A stretch of 64,000 nt of DNA from Octopus vulgaris (taxonomy: Eukaryota), in NCBI GenBank assembly GCA_951406725.2, contig OX597817.1:39060001-39124000 (forward strand), read 5' to 3'. A model generated the notes under the pieces. That model was not told the origin of the DNA, did not search any database, and saw only the letters and a list, made by a program, of their open reading frames with translations. The position numbers and the translations under genes were made by a program. This document shows, one piece after another, positions 50,501 through 62,623 of the stretch. Numbering within the stretch: position 1 is the first letter of the stretch; the number at the start of each line of letters is the position of its first letter.

Positions 50501-53500
50501 CTTCAAGACACTGGTTTTTCTCCATACCCAACTTGAATACTTCATATCATCACCAAAATGGCATCACAAAAACTAGGCTTTCTTCTGGGCTTGTAGCTCT
50601 GATTAGTTGTTGGCTCTACAAAGCTCAGTAAGACCCACATTGTCATACTGTTCACATGTATGGAACATAACTATTAGTGACACTAACATCCTTGACCACA
50701 TCCGAAAGAAGGCCTTCTGTTAAACTAGCAAAGGTTCACACCCCAATATCCTATAGATGTGCTGTTTCTTTCTCTTCCTGTTCCATCTGAACAAACTAGT
50801 TTCAAAATTCCTCCCTCTAAGTCTACTTAACTCATTCATCTTCCATCTTCCAGCCACTTCTTATGTGTCTCACTTTCCAAACATTAAACACTTCCAAACT
50901 ACATTAACATCTTATGCTTAGTAAAACTAGAAAAGGGCCACTACCCCTTCACTTCTGACTAACCTATAAAAAAAGAATGTTAAAAAAAAAGTTTCAATGA
51001 ATGCAGTCTTGCAGGAGTAGTGGGATACTCTTTGACAGGCAACCTTTCAATTGCCAATACTCAAACATTGACCCATTGTTGAGTTGTCTTCTTAATGTCT
51101 GTCCTGTTATTACAAGTCTTTGCTTTTCTGAATTTGATTGCAAAATAATCTCATTCAATCTAAACTCTTTTCGGCTTTTCTCATCTTTCACTTTCCCATA
51201 TTATTTCACAATATATGTTTGTAGTACATTGATATATTTTCCTCTGGCATTAAAAATGGTTTTTGATTCTCCAGGAGTTGCTCCTATTATTCGATCCCCT
51301 CGAGGCAATGCTGCAGAAATGGTTGCCGAGAAATTAGATAAGAAACTACGTGACAATATAAGGGATGCTCGAAATAGCCTTTTTACCACAGACAATATAC
51401 AAACTGGCCAGTTCAGGTAGGTTTGAAACTTTCATCAGTTAAAACTATATGATAATATACTCAACTTACCAAAATTATTTACAACATAGAAATTTATTGG
51501 CTGATTAATTTTAAGGGAAAAAATTCAAATCACATCACAGGCATTATTTGTCACTAAATTATGTTGTGTTTTTTAGATGAACACATATTTGGAAATAGAT
51601 AGTTATAGAATGAATAAAAAAAATTGATAGGCACTAAGGCCACAGAAGCATGTTTGAATTTGTAGCCCTTACCACCATTTGCTCCCTTACTCGCTTTTAT
51701 TGTAATTTCTCTTTCTCCCATCATACTCCCTCTTTATCTTCACTCTTTTACCCTGCTTCAGTTGTTATTGCTCTCCTTTCTATTCACATTATTGGCCAAA
51801 TTACCTTGGATAAATGGAGATGCCATAGAGTACTGAGGACTCTTTTGTCTTGCAGGGTATAAGTAAACTCTGCTGCCGGTGCCATGATAAAATGTACCTG
51901 ACACACTTGATAAAGTGATTAGAGAATAAGTGGAAACACTGTAGTGTTGAGAGGATCATTCAATCTATTTGGGGACTTGACATCTCTGGTGTTGGGGCTC
52001 TTGGCTAAATGTACCCTGTACACAGTGTTGTAGGTGTTAGAAAGAGCATCCATTGTAGAATTCATGCCAAAAATGAAACGAGTGAGATGAGCTCTTTTAA
52101 CTTTTCAAACGGGGCAGAATAAGAAATGTGGACTGTGATGACCCATTCAACCTATACATACATGAAAAGTAGGTTTTAAAATGATCATTATATATAGCAT
52201 GTAACTATATAATTTTATTCATCATCATCATCATCGTTTAATGTTCACTTTCCATGCTAGCATGGGTTGATGATTTGATTGAGGACTGGCCAACCAGATG
52301 GCTGCACCAGGCTCCAATCTGATCTGGCAGTGTTTCTACTGCTGGATGCCCTTCCTATGCCAACCACTCCAAGAGTGTAGTAGGTGCTTTTACGTGCCAC
52401 CAGCATGAGGGCTATTGTCCAGGGCCAGGTTCCAGTCTGATTTGGCTTGGTCTCCACAACTGGGTGCCCTTCTTAATGCCAATCACTTTACAATATGTGT
52501 TGGGTGAAAAACAAAGTTGCTCCAACAAAACAAAGCCCATTCTTACCTGTGTAAATATGGAAATATTGGATATAAAATGTAAGTCCTTTCTTGCCTATCT
52601 CTGAATCCTTTGTATAACGTTATTTCTTGTTTAATTGGTTTTACATGTCATTAATTTGTATTTTCTTTTTATTTAGTTTCCAAAGACCTCTTTTAGTCAT
52701 TCTTGATAGAAGCCTGGATTTAGTTTCCTTACTTCATCACACATGGACCTACCAAGCTCTTTCACATGATGTTTTGGTAAGATTTGTCTTCTCTCTTTCT
52801 GGGGGTGATATTGAGAGTTGAAATGAATTTTAAGAACTTAAACAAAATGTTCCAGGCTGTGGCAGAAATAAAATTAAGTTTGAACTTCTGTATAGTCCTT
52901 AAGTTTTTTTAAATTAAAAAAAAAAAATTTTTATGAGACATAAGTTTAGCAATATTTATGAAAAAGAAATATGGAATGAAATAACTTTGAAACAAATAAA
53001 AAATAAATACTCTGCTTTCTACATTATTATTATTCTTTGTTTTGGTAGGATTTGAAGTTAAACAAAGTTGAAATTGAAGAATGTACAGAAGTGATGTCTC
53101 CAAGTGGCACTTCACGTCCAAAGAAAAAGAAGAAAAGCTATGCCTTCAGTTTTTCTGATAAGTTTTGGCAAACACATAAGGGAAGGTAAATACCTTTTTG
53201 ATATTATTAGCTTCTCTAAATGCTTAAATGGTATTTAAGTCACTTTAAATTATTGTAGTTTCTTTAAAGTTTGTGATAATTGGCACAATGCTTCCACTGA
53301 GATTACTATTATGCCTACCAACACCAACACACATCCCGTCACTAACATTCAAGCATTTGTCACAGATCAAACCAGATTCCTCTCCTACACAGAACCTGAA
53401 CTTTTTAGCTTCAACCCCAAATTGGAATACAATATCAAAGACAAATTTATTGAACTGCTGACCAACTCAAAACTATCTGTTCCTCTACCAACATCACTGT

Positions 53501-56500
53501 CACTAGTATTACTACTACTAACACCAAACCCTTAAAAAATTCTCTACCTCTCATTCACATGACCCATCTTACCTTCTCCCTTATCTGTCATGGACCAATC
53601 TCAAACTTGCAAGACATAAATTGGTCAACTGCAACATTTTTCATTATCACCATCAACCTCTGGACAACAGTGTCTCAAGTTTTGGGACTCGTTGCATTGG
53701 TTACTCAGTTTCCATGGCATAGAAGTGACCAAGATCACAACATTGCCTCAGAGCAGGATACCAGTCCACTGCTGGGTCATTCATTTACACCTGAGTGGAT
53801 TGGAGTATCATGAAATGAGGTTTGTTTTTTATTAAAAAAAAAAGAAAATGTACTGCATGGTCCGGGAATGGAAACCATGATCTTGTGATCAGATGTGAAG
53901 ATAGAACATCTACAGAAAACTGTGTTACCCTGAACTGCACGAATTTTCTGCAGAGTTCTCAAAATCTGAGGGTAAGTGTTATCTTAGTATACAGGTTGCA
54001 GACAGCTGGCACCTTGTTATATTCTTCATCAAATTTGCTATGTTTAATAATAATAATAATTATGGAATAACAACAGAAAAAAGATAGTATAGGCACACGC
54101 CAGAAAAGGTCACAGAAAACGAGAAAGCAACCATACTCTGGGATATGCCAATACACACAGATAGAGAAATTAAGGCCAATAGGCCAGATATAGTTGTCAG
54201 AGATCATGAAGAAAAAATATGCTTTCTAATTGATGTATCAATACCAGCAGATGACAACGTTTCTCTAAAAGAAATGGAGAAACTTTCAAAATACAAAGAC
54301 CTGGAAATAGAGGTAACTCGAATGTGGAATCTAAAAACAGAAAGAAAGAAAGTTGTAAATATAGTCGAGCTAACGGTTCCTCATGAAGATAATATGGACG
54401 CCGCTCGGGCTCGAAAATTGAACCGTTATGAAAACCTCCTCGAGGAATGTGAAGACGCAGGTTGGAAAGCAGAACATTTTCCTATCGAAGTCGGATGTAG
54501 AGGGTTTGTTGGACACAGCGTGAGACGACTGTTGTTATCGCTAGACCTAACTCATCATAAAGTCAATACCACCATGACTGATATCCAATCTACAGTGGAG
54601 AAGGCTAGCCACTGGATTTGGTTAAAAAGAGACGATGAGCGATGGCTAGAAGTATATTGAGTTCTTCATAACCAGCTGATCTAGCAAGAGGGGCCTCATA
54701 TCAGTGAGGTGGGGGGGTCGGTGCGCATTGATGCCATCGAGAGGTAGGCCCTGAAACGGCGCGCATTCTCTCCTGATGACCCCATACACTTGCTAGCTTC
54801 CGGTATACGGAGCTTTTAACTGGTAGCACTTGCATGTGCAAGTTGTTTGCAAGACACCTATCATAGTAGGCATATTGGGTATGATAAAAAAAGATATTCA
54901 GACAAATACATAACAAAAGCACCAGGACTTACAAATATATATATCACACAGAAAATTGCGCTACTAGGCACTGCACACATCCTATGCAAAACACTTTCAA
55001 TACAGTAACCATAAGAGCATCAAAACAATCCACAGCACATACCCAAGGCACACAGAGCTGTGCTCGGTAGTGAAGTGAAAGCACGATATAAAAATAAAAC
55101 TACTGAATAATAATAATAATCATTATAATAATAATAATGATTCTTTCTAAATTTGGCACAAGGCCAGCAATTTTAGGAGAGGGTGTTGATTACATGGGTC
55201 CCAGTACTTCACTGGTACTTTATTTTATTGAACCAAAAGGGTAAAAGGCAAAATTTATCTCTACAGATTTGAAATTGGAACCTAAAGAGCTGGAAAAATT
55301 GCTGCTAAGCATTTTGTCCAATGTTTTAACAATTCTGCTAGCTTATTACCATAATATCATCATCATCATCATCATCATCATATGTCCGTTTTCCATGCTG
55401 GCATTGGTTGGACAGTTTGACTGGGGGTTGGCAAGCCAGGAGGCTGCTCCAGGATGCATAATAATGATTTTTCAGCTTATAGTTAAAAATGTTTATTTTT
55501 ACATAATTTGAACCCATTTTTTTTTTCAGCCCATTTCCTACAGTTGCTGAAGCTATTCAGGAAGAATTAGACTCTTATAGGGCAGAAGAAGATGAAGTGA
55601 AAAAATTGAAAGCTGCTATGGTAATTATTTCTTTGTTGTTGAAATATGCAATATAGTGTCATGGAATGTATTGGTACTGTTTTGTGTAACCCCCATATCA
55701 ATCCAGATTGAACAGACTTCAAATCAAGAAATTCCAGTCATTACTAATGAGCATTTTATCTTTTTATTCAGGCCTAGTGTACCTGGGTTTATATCATTTA
55801 GTGTATCTTACTTTTTTTTAAGCTGGTAGACATTTGGCTGCTATTTCTAGCAGATCAAATAACCTTATAGACGTTCTGTAATTGTCTTCTATCATCATCA
55901 TCATCATCTAACATTTACTTTCCATACTGGCATGGGTTAGACGGTTTTTATAGCTAGATGCCCTTCCTAATGCCAGTCAACATTTTGTTACAATATGTAG
56001 TGGCCGTGTGGTTGAGAAGTTTGTTTTGTCAATCTCATGGTTTTGGGTTCAGTCTCTCTGTGTGGCACCTTTGGTGTCTTCTATAGCTTCATGCTGATCA
56101 AAGCCTTGTGAGTGGATTTGGTTGACAGAAACTGAAAAAAGCCTCTGTATGTGTGTGTTTGTGTCTTTTTGTTATGACATTGTGCAATAGTTGTAAATGA
56201 GCATCACTGCCATTGGTTTCCTATCTTCTGTGAAATCAAGTTCTGTTACAGGAAAAAATATTACTTAGATTGGAAACTGGTGAATGTCAGCAACAGGAAA
56301 GGCATCCAGCTGTAGAAAATCTGCCTCAATAAATTCCGTTTGACCCTTGCAAAGATGGAGAAGTGGATATTAAAATGAAGATGAATGTTGAATGGATCCA
56401 TTTTATTTCTTATTACATTTTTGAGGAATATCAAAAGACTCTGTAAAAGGATTGATACAGCCTTTGTAAATACAGCAATCCTTCGATTATTGTGGTTGTT

Positions 56501-59500
56501 ATGTTCCAAAACACCCCATGATAGGTGAAAATCCATGAAGTAGAAACAGTACTGTATATATATATATATTTTTTATTATTTTTATAATTTGTATATGTTT
56601 ATTTTATTACAAATGCAAAACAACACCTCGGAGGAATTGATGTAAGCTTAAATAATAAATCACAATATGGCAAGGGATTACTGTACTTGTCTTTTATCTT
56701 TTACATGTTTGTTATTAGACTGTGGCCATGCTGGGGCACTGCCTTGAAGAATCTTAGTAAAATGAATCAACCCCAGTACTTATTTTCTTAAGTGCGGTAC
56801 TTATTCTCTCTGTCTCTTTTATCAAACTGCTAAGTTATGGAGATGTAAACACACCAATATTTGTTGTTGAACAGTGGTGGAGAACACATATAGATGATAG
56901 GTTTCTTTTAATTTCTGTACCAATTCCTCTTGCAAGGCTTTGGTTGGCCTGTGGCTATAATAGAAGGCACTTACCTGAGGTACCATGTGTTTGGGAAGCA
57001 AACATCTTACCATACCTGCAGCTAAAAGGTTAAAATTTTTTCATCTTCATTTTATTTAAAGAAAATCTTATGTGAAAAGTAAGTGAAGCTAGTTACAGTG
57101 TATTTGGATTTTGGCTGTTAATTTTCTTTTTCTACCCGACATTAGGAGTTCACAATAGAGATTAGTAATTTTAATTGCCATGAGGACTTACTCTTCTAAT
57201 GAACTAAATAGTTCTTGACACAGTCTCTTATCAGATTCTTAGGATTCTGGATGTTACTCTTCTTGAACTCATCAATGGACACTTTGTATTATTGCAGAGA
57301 AAGAATGTTGGATGTTAAGGAACAAATTTTTTTTCTATTTTAAATTTGCATTTTTTTCTGTTTACTTTCATATTTTTCAGGGTTTGGAGAGAGAAGATGA
57401 TTCAGCCATTAGTATGCTATCAGATAACACTGCAAAACTGACTTCTGCTGTCAGGTGAAATACTTTTATTTGATCCTTTGTAATATCTCAAACCATTTTC
57501 TCATGAATACTTTATGTATATCCTTCTGTAATGTAACCAACTCTTAGAGTATCATTCCTTGCTCCATACTTAATTTATCTTAATTTTTTTTCTATTTCCA
57601 CTTCAGAAAACAATCAATTTTGCATTGAGGATGTTGATTTAAAATTTTTTTCTTTCAATTTATTTAAATGTCTACATAAGGAAAATGCATAGTAAAATTT
57701 ATAAAATGCCATGTACTGTGTGCTTATGATTGCTATTTTTTTTTTACAATGCATATCTAAATTGCAATGTATTATTTCGTATTTACAGTTCTCTACCAGA
57801 ACTTTTAGAGAAGAAACGCCTCATTGACATGCACACCAATATTGCCACTGCACTTCTGGAACAAATCAAGGTAGCTATTTATTCATACCTTTTAATGGTT
57901 ATCTTCATCCTTTTAACTTATGGCATATAAACATTTTTATTAAAGTTAATTAGCAATTGACTGCAGTTAGAACACAGCTAGTGGCATATACTCTGAGAAT
58001 AGATGTTTATTTCTATTCAGTTTCTCTACATTCAGTCAAATTCTTTGTGTTTATTGAAGTTATAACTTTTTAGATATCAAAGATTTATCTTTTTTGTTTT
58101 GTTATAATTTAGATCTGGTTTATTTTGACAATTAGTTGATAATGATTAATGTACAAGTATAGATAATTAAAACTGGTTAGTATTGATGTAAAAAGTAAGA
58201 TAGTTCAGATTATGTTACATATGGTAGTTTCAGGCAATTTGGCTTTTATTTTTCCTTGCAAAAGAAAAGACTGAATGGTAAACACATAATAAAGAAAATG
58301 AATGTTGTATGACTGTGATAAGCTATTAGTTATTTAACTGATTTAAGAGTTCAGCTTAGCAGAAGAAATTTGAAGTTAAGGGAAGCTGAAGAATATCGGT
58401 ATTGCAAATCTTTCTAATTTTTTGTCATCATGGAAAATATACAAAGTATCATATCGATAGATGGAGAAAATAACTGTATTAACACCAACGCCAATAAGTG
58501 CAGCATTCCTTCATATTTTTGGACATGTAATATTTTGCGTGCCTAAGATATGTAAATGAATGCAAATAACAAGTTAGATTTTAATATAAATTATTGCATA
58601 ATTAAGAGACACAGCTAGAAGAGGGTGCATACATACTATATGTCCCTTACACCATGGCTTTGATTTTTAAAATTGCATGTCCTGGCTTTAAATACCAGGA
58701 ATTACTCCCAGCTTATAATATTTTGTTCAGACATACTAACACACATACATGTGTATATTAATGTTAGTTTTTATGTTAAGTTAAATATAAAAGCAATATA
58801 ACATTCAACTGAAGGATTACTTAATACTTTTTTCATAGCGTATACGTTCATTTACTTTTCCAAGAAAAAGACTGACAGTAACTTTGAAGTTTTTCAGACA
58901 GTCTAAGAAGTTTCATCTGTCAATCTTTTTCTTGTAAAAGTTATGTATATATTCTAGTACAATCATTTAGTTCAGTACTAGATTTACACTTTGCTATTAG
59001 GTTTTGTATCATTTTAATTCAGTGGTTTTGTATAAATCTGAAAATGGTGGAGTAAATTTCTTACAATATTTAGTTGTGACTCTTATGCAATAAGTTTGAA
59101 GTAAGTGCTAGGAATGTACTTGAGTTGTGATAATGAGAGTAATCAATATAATTTTCTTGTTTCTTCTAATGGAATATGACTCTGAAAAGTTGTTACATTT
59201 CAACTTATTGAAAATGTAATTTTGAATAACTTTCATTTGATTTTCTTTTCCTTACATTTCTAGGCTAGAAAACTTGATGTATATTTTGAAACAGAAGAAA
59301 AAATGATGAGCAAATCTGTTCTGGTAAGTTTTAGTCTTGTTGAGGAATTCATTTTAACCCCATGACAGCGGGTTTTTTTATCAGGCAACTAGGTTGCATT
59401 GACAGTAATCACCTCAGCCAATATTAGCAATTAGTGCATGACAACGGTTCGATGTATATTTATGTCAACTGCTTTAAAGTATGCACTGTTTATTTATGTA

Positions 59501-62500
59501 AACTGTCATCACTATGAGGATTGTAAATTCAACGAAATTGGCATAGCTGGATTCAACTGTAAATTCTGTGAAGGACCAAAAGAATTTGCTGAATGTGTGT
59601 GAATTTGATAGAAGTCATAGTGGAAATGGTGGTGTAACCGCCAAAGCTGCTGCTTTTACACTATTTTGGTGATGAAGTCTGGAACTGAGTTGGAAATATT
59701 TACATGAAGAGTCTAACAAACCTCTCAGATTCCTTGAAATTTGCAAAGTGGTCTTTTATTATCGATTCCGTGGGTGATAGTGGATATTTATATCAACTGG
59801 TACACAAACAAGTACAAAACTGCAGTATATAGGGCTGCGTATATTTTTGTCATCTGATTCAAAGCAAGTACACTGCACACATAAATTTAGGTCAACCAAT
59901 GTTATGAAGTTAAAATAAGTTAATAATGTTTAAATAAAACATTGCAAATTTAACTATCTTCCTTCCATTTTTGCTTCCTGCTCTCACTATTCATGGGAGG
60001 GTCATGGGGATACTCCTTAAGCACTTCCTCAATAGGGTCTTATCAGAAGCAAACATCATTAGCCTTTTCTGCTGGATTCCCAAATGTGCCCTACTGAAAC
60101 TTTGGATATTATTCAACCATCTCACTTTTGGTCTACCCCAAGGTTTCCTACTAGTTGGCTCAGCTGGGAGAATCTGTCTTGTGACCCTTACCAGCAGCAT
60201 TCTAACTGCATGTCTGTAGTACTGGAGCTATGACTGCTTAATGTGTGAAAGTAGTGGCTTGATTTGGAGAGGCACCCCGTTGAGTAAGGTTACTCAAGAA
60301 ACCCTTTGGAGTAACCCTATTGTGGTCACTTGAATATGATGAAGTATAAAACATTTTCCAGTATCATTTCCTTATGTTCTTTTTTTATTTTATTTTTATT
60401 TTAGGACAAATCTTTAATGGACATCATTTCAGATCCAGAAGGTGAGTTTAAATTATCATTTCACTTGCAATGATTTCATACATCATCATCATCATCGTTT
60501 AACGTTTGTTTTCCATGCTAGCATGGGTTGGATGGTTTGACTGGGGTCTGGGAAGCCAGGAGGTTGCACCAGGCTCCAGTCTAATCTGGCAGTATTTCTA
60601 CAGCTGGATGTCCTTCCTAATGCCAACCACTCTGTGAGTGTAGTGGGTCCTTTTTATGTGCCACCGGCACAGGGGCCAGAAGAGGCTGGCAACGGCCATG
60701 ATCGGTTGGTGCTTTTTACATGCCACCGGCACCACAACTACAATTTCCATTTGATTTTTTTATTTTGATGTTGATGTACTTGACTCAGTAGGTCTCCTCA
60801 AGCACAGCAGATCACCCTACGATCCAAGGTACTTTTGAATGGTTATGCAAAACTAGGATACAGCCGTGAACTCACTTTATTTGTCGGGTCTTTGCAGTCA
60901 CAGCATATCTCCAGAGGTTTCAGTCTTTCGTCATTGCCTCTGTGTGGCCCAACATTCGAAGGTCATGCTTGACCACCTCATCTCATGTCTTCCTGGGTCT
61001 GCCTCTACCCCGGATTCCTTCAACTGTTAGGGAGTGGCACTTCTTCACACGTCTCTCCTCATCCATCCGTAGTACATGACCATACCAGCACAAACGTCTC
61101 TCTTGCACACCGCATCCAATGCTTCTTATGTCCAATATTTCTCTCAGTGCGCTTACACTGTCGTGTATGCACACTGACATTACACATCTAGCAGATCATA
61201 CTAGCTTCATTTCTTTCGAGCCTACACATGTCCCTATGCATGTCTATGTATGACATTTAGGGGAGACATAGTATATTATAGGTGCTGGCATGGCTGTGTG
61301 GTTAAGAAATTTGCTTCCCAACCTTGTGGTTTTGGGTTAAATCCCACTGTGTAACACCTTGGCTTCTACTGTAGCCTGAGGCCGACCAATACCTTGAGAG
61401 AGGCAACAATGGAAGCTGAAAGAAGCTAGTCATATGTATGTGCATGAGAGAGTGAGTGTGTGTTTGCATTTGATCTTCTCTAAAAACCACTGAGCTAGAT
61501 TTGGTGTCATTGTTGTCATTTCTCCCGTAAATGAATTACCTGCTGGCTATGAACTTTTGAGAATGTGCAGTATGAGAGATGTCTTACTTAAAAAACTGGT
61601 AAGGCTTACTGAGGTGGGTTGGCCTATGGAAGACACTCACCTAAAGCTCTCTTACTGCCACAGAGCAATTCCTTAATATTTTTGCTTGAGTCATGCTAGC
61701 ATCTAAGCATGTAAAAACAAATAACCGATGAATATATGGTAGTGAAATTTGGACTTTGTATATGAAGTAAACACCTGTATAGCCTGTAGGTTTCACATAG
61801 TATACTATTACCTGTGGTGTAACTTTGTTAATACATTAGTCTACTATGTTTCCACAACTTGTTTACTCATTATAATAATTTACTGTGTTCCTCCTTTTGC
61901 CTTTTCTACAGAAAATGCAAAGTGCAGGGATGACTTTGTGGATAACTAATACCAGCTATCCTACCGAATAAAATTATATATATTTGTGTGTGCTTGTCTG
62001 TGTGTGTGTAAGGAACAAGAGAGGAGTGGAGGGAACCTGTTATTGATTTCCTGATTTCTAATAAAACAAATCTCAATATGTACCAATGAATGTTTTATAT
62101 TTTAATTGTAGTCTTTTGACTAATACAAATTATTCCAATAATTTTTTTCTCTTTTTTTCATTTCCCATAGCTGAATGATTTCAACAGAACGGAAGTAACA
62201 CAATAGACACAATTGTTACATCCATTTTAATGAGTTATTCATTACTTTTTAATAAAAACCATGTTTTATGCTGCAATGGAAAAATAGACAAAGCTTCTCA
62301 AACAAGAACTAGTTTTATGAATAGTTTTTTGTTAGTTCACTAAATTTGGACTTTATAAGATTAAAAGTGGCCCATCTTATGATTGGAAATTGCATTTTAT
62401 AAACACCATTGTGATCTTAAAATTACTCTTGCTTATCATTCATAACTACATTGCAATTTTTTTTCATTTTGCTTTTACAGCCTTAGCATGTGTTTGTGTA

Positions 62501-62623
62501 TTTTGTAACTTTAAAAACATCACTGACATATATCCTTTTGTTTTTCTATTTCAAGCTGGTAATCCCGAGGACAAAATCCGTTTATTCATAATTTCTATGA
62601 TATGTGGACCACCTATGACTGAT
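28384..62623 (+). CDS. SCFD1: Sec1 family domain-containing protein 1 (SLY1, SM protein), 5' 16 coding exons, 1374 nt / 458 codons; 3' end beyond the window
   Basis: Spliced translation follows SCFD1: [102 protein letters not shown]; all phases consistent. Confidence 0.97.
33010..35050 (-). mobile_element. RTE-clade LINE, internally deleted and rearranged
   Basis: [41 protein letters not shown] and (GAT)n tail; an endonuclease fragment resumes at about 34900..35050. Confidence 0.88.
38200..38410 (-). mobile_element. LINE RT fragment
   Basis: Minus strand [13 protein letters not shown]-like motif (QGxxLSP). Confidence 0.55.
39122..39352 (-). mobile_element. RTE 3'-UTR/tail fragment
   Basis: Same consensus as 821..1100. 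Confidence 0.8.
39551..39621 (+). CDS. SCFD1: SCFD1 exon 2
   Basis: ttgcag / GTAAGT; (V)[23 protein letters not shown]. Confidence 0.94.
41046..41134 (+). CDS. SCFD1: SCFD1 exon 3
   Basis: tttcag / GTGAGT; [29 protein letters not shown]. Confidence 0.96.
41700..43443 (+). mobile_element. RTE-clade LINE (AP endonuclease and RT N-terminus joined to the 3' tail), decayed
   Basis: [64 protein letters not shown]; then jumps to the 3' end with (GAT)n. Confidence 0.88.
44195..44285 (+). CDS. SCFD1: SCFD1 exon 4
   Basis: tttcag / GTGAGT; [30 protein letters not shown]. Confidence 0.96.
45306..45428 (+). CDS. SCFD1: SCFD1 exon 5
   Basis: tttcag / GTTAGT; [27 protein letters not shown]...ISK. Confidence 0.96.
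45816..46195 (+). mobile_element. Degenerate Ty3/Gypsy reverse transcriptase remnant
   Basis: [40 protein letters not shown] (YLDD-like), LDNDKC in successive frames. Confidence 0.65.
46463..46765 (+). mobile_element. tRNA-derived SINE family B
   Basis: A box TGGCTTAGTGG and B box GAGTTCAATTCC, then CTTTATTTCACGTTGCTCCAGTCCAC; related pieces at about 13510+, 31960-, 53700-, 63600-. Confidence 0.7.
47278..47480 (+). mobile_element. LINE ORF2 C-terminal fragment
   Basis: [29 protein letters not shown], typical RIPKQLLYGEL..GxR..GG...RFKD. Confidence 0.55.
48065..48152 (+). CDS. SCFD1: SCFD1 exon 6
   Basis: ttacag / GTAAGT; [29 protein letters not shown]. Confidence 0.95.
48308..48879 (+). 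repeat. 29-bp minisatellite, 20 units (last one truncated), consensus CYTGGTAAAGTACAGAACAAGTTATTACA
   Basis: Unit starts every 29 bp from 48308 to 48859; head-to-tail with no spacers. Confidence 0.97.
49648..49737 (+). CDS. SCFD1: SCFD1 exon 7
   Basis: ttacag / GTAAGT; [30 protein letters not shown]. Confidence 0.95.
51275..51416 (+). CDS. SCFD1: SCFD1 exon 8
   Basis: ctccag / GTAGGT; [37 protein letters not shown]. Confidence 0.96.
52677..52776 (+). CDS. SCFD1: SCFD1 exon 9
   Basis: atttag / GTAAGA; [33 protein letters not shown]. Confidence 0.96.
53049..53185 (+). CDS. SCFD1: SCFD1 exon 10
   Basis: tggtag / GTAAAT; [12 protein letters not shown]...[21 protein letters not shown]. Confidence 0.94.
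54061..55125 (+). mobile_element. Dong/R4-clade non-LTR retrotransposon 3' fragment (restriction-like endonuclease), interrupted by a second element
   Basis: [46 protein letters not shown]; resumes at about 54857 as [23 protein letters not shown]; (TAA)n on both flanks, the known Dong target/tail. Confidence 0.82.
54343..54856 (+). mobile_element. HERO-like non-LTR retrotransposon 3' fragment (RLE C-terminus and 3' UTR)
   Basis: [52 protein letters not shown]; CpG-rich and stop-free. Confidence 0.72.
55530..55620 (+). CDS. SCFD1: SCFD1 exon 11
   Basis: tttcag / GTAATT; [30 protein letters not shown]. Confidence 0.96.
56473..56683. mobile_element. Tigger/pogo-like MITE
   Basis: TA|CAGCAATCCTTCG...CAAGGGATTACTG|TA: imperfect TIR with TA target duplication. 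Confidence 0.7.
57381..57454 (+). CDS. SCFD1: SCFD1 exon 12
   Basis: tttcag / GTGAAA; [24 protein letters not shown]. Confidence 0.95.
57789..57870 (+). CDS. SCFD1: SCFD1 exon 13
   Basis: ttacag / GTAGCT; [27 protein letters not shown]. Confidence 0.96.
59264..59323 (+). CDS. SCFD1: SCFD1 exon 14
   Basis: ttctag / GTAAGT; [20 protein letters not shown]. Confidence 0.95.
59958..60330 (-). mobile_element. LINE ORF2 C-terminal fragment
   Basis: [25 protein letters not shown], the GRPxxRW motif of RTE-like C-termini. Confidence 0.55.
60405..60441 (+). CDS. SCFD1: SCFD1 exon 15 (37 nt)
   Basis: ttttag / GTGAGT; [12 protein letters not shown]. Confidence 0.93.
60481..61232 (-). mobile_element. 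RTE-clade LINE 3' fragment
   Basis: [27 protein letters not shown] plus 3' UTR and (GAT)n tail. Confidence 0.85.
62556..62623 (+). CDS. SCFD1: SCFD1 exon 16
   Basis: Uncommon AAG acceptor (tttcaag) / GTAAGT; [23 protein letters not shown]. Confidence 0.9.

Noticed and set aside
49760-50960. Possible Penelope GIY-YIG remnants (LEAIHI-like word at about 49860; similar hints at 29450..30060)
   Set aside because: Too decayed to support without a profile search
51001-51274. Upstream in-frame extensions of exon-containing ORFs (also 5754..5865 and 16459..16509)
   Set aside because: Intronic read-through upstream of clear splice acceptors; no similarity to the proteins
54145-54660. Nested host gene in SCFD1 intron 10
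   Set aside because: Entirely retrotransposon-derived; the ATG is an internal Met of the Dong ORF
59354-59913. Possible TTAA-flanked piggyBac-like relic (TTAACCCCATGACAGCGG vs CCAATGTTATGAAGTTAA)
   Set aside because: TIR match is too degenerate and no transposase motif is recognisable
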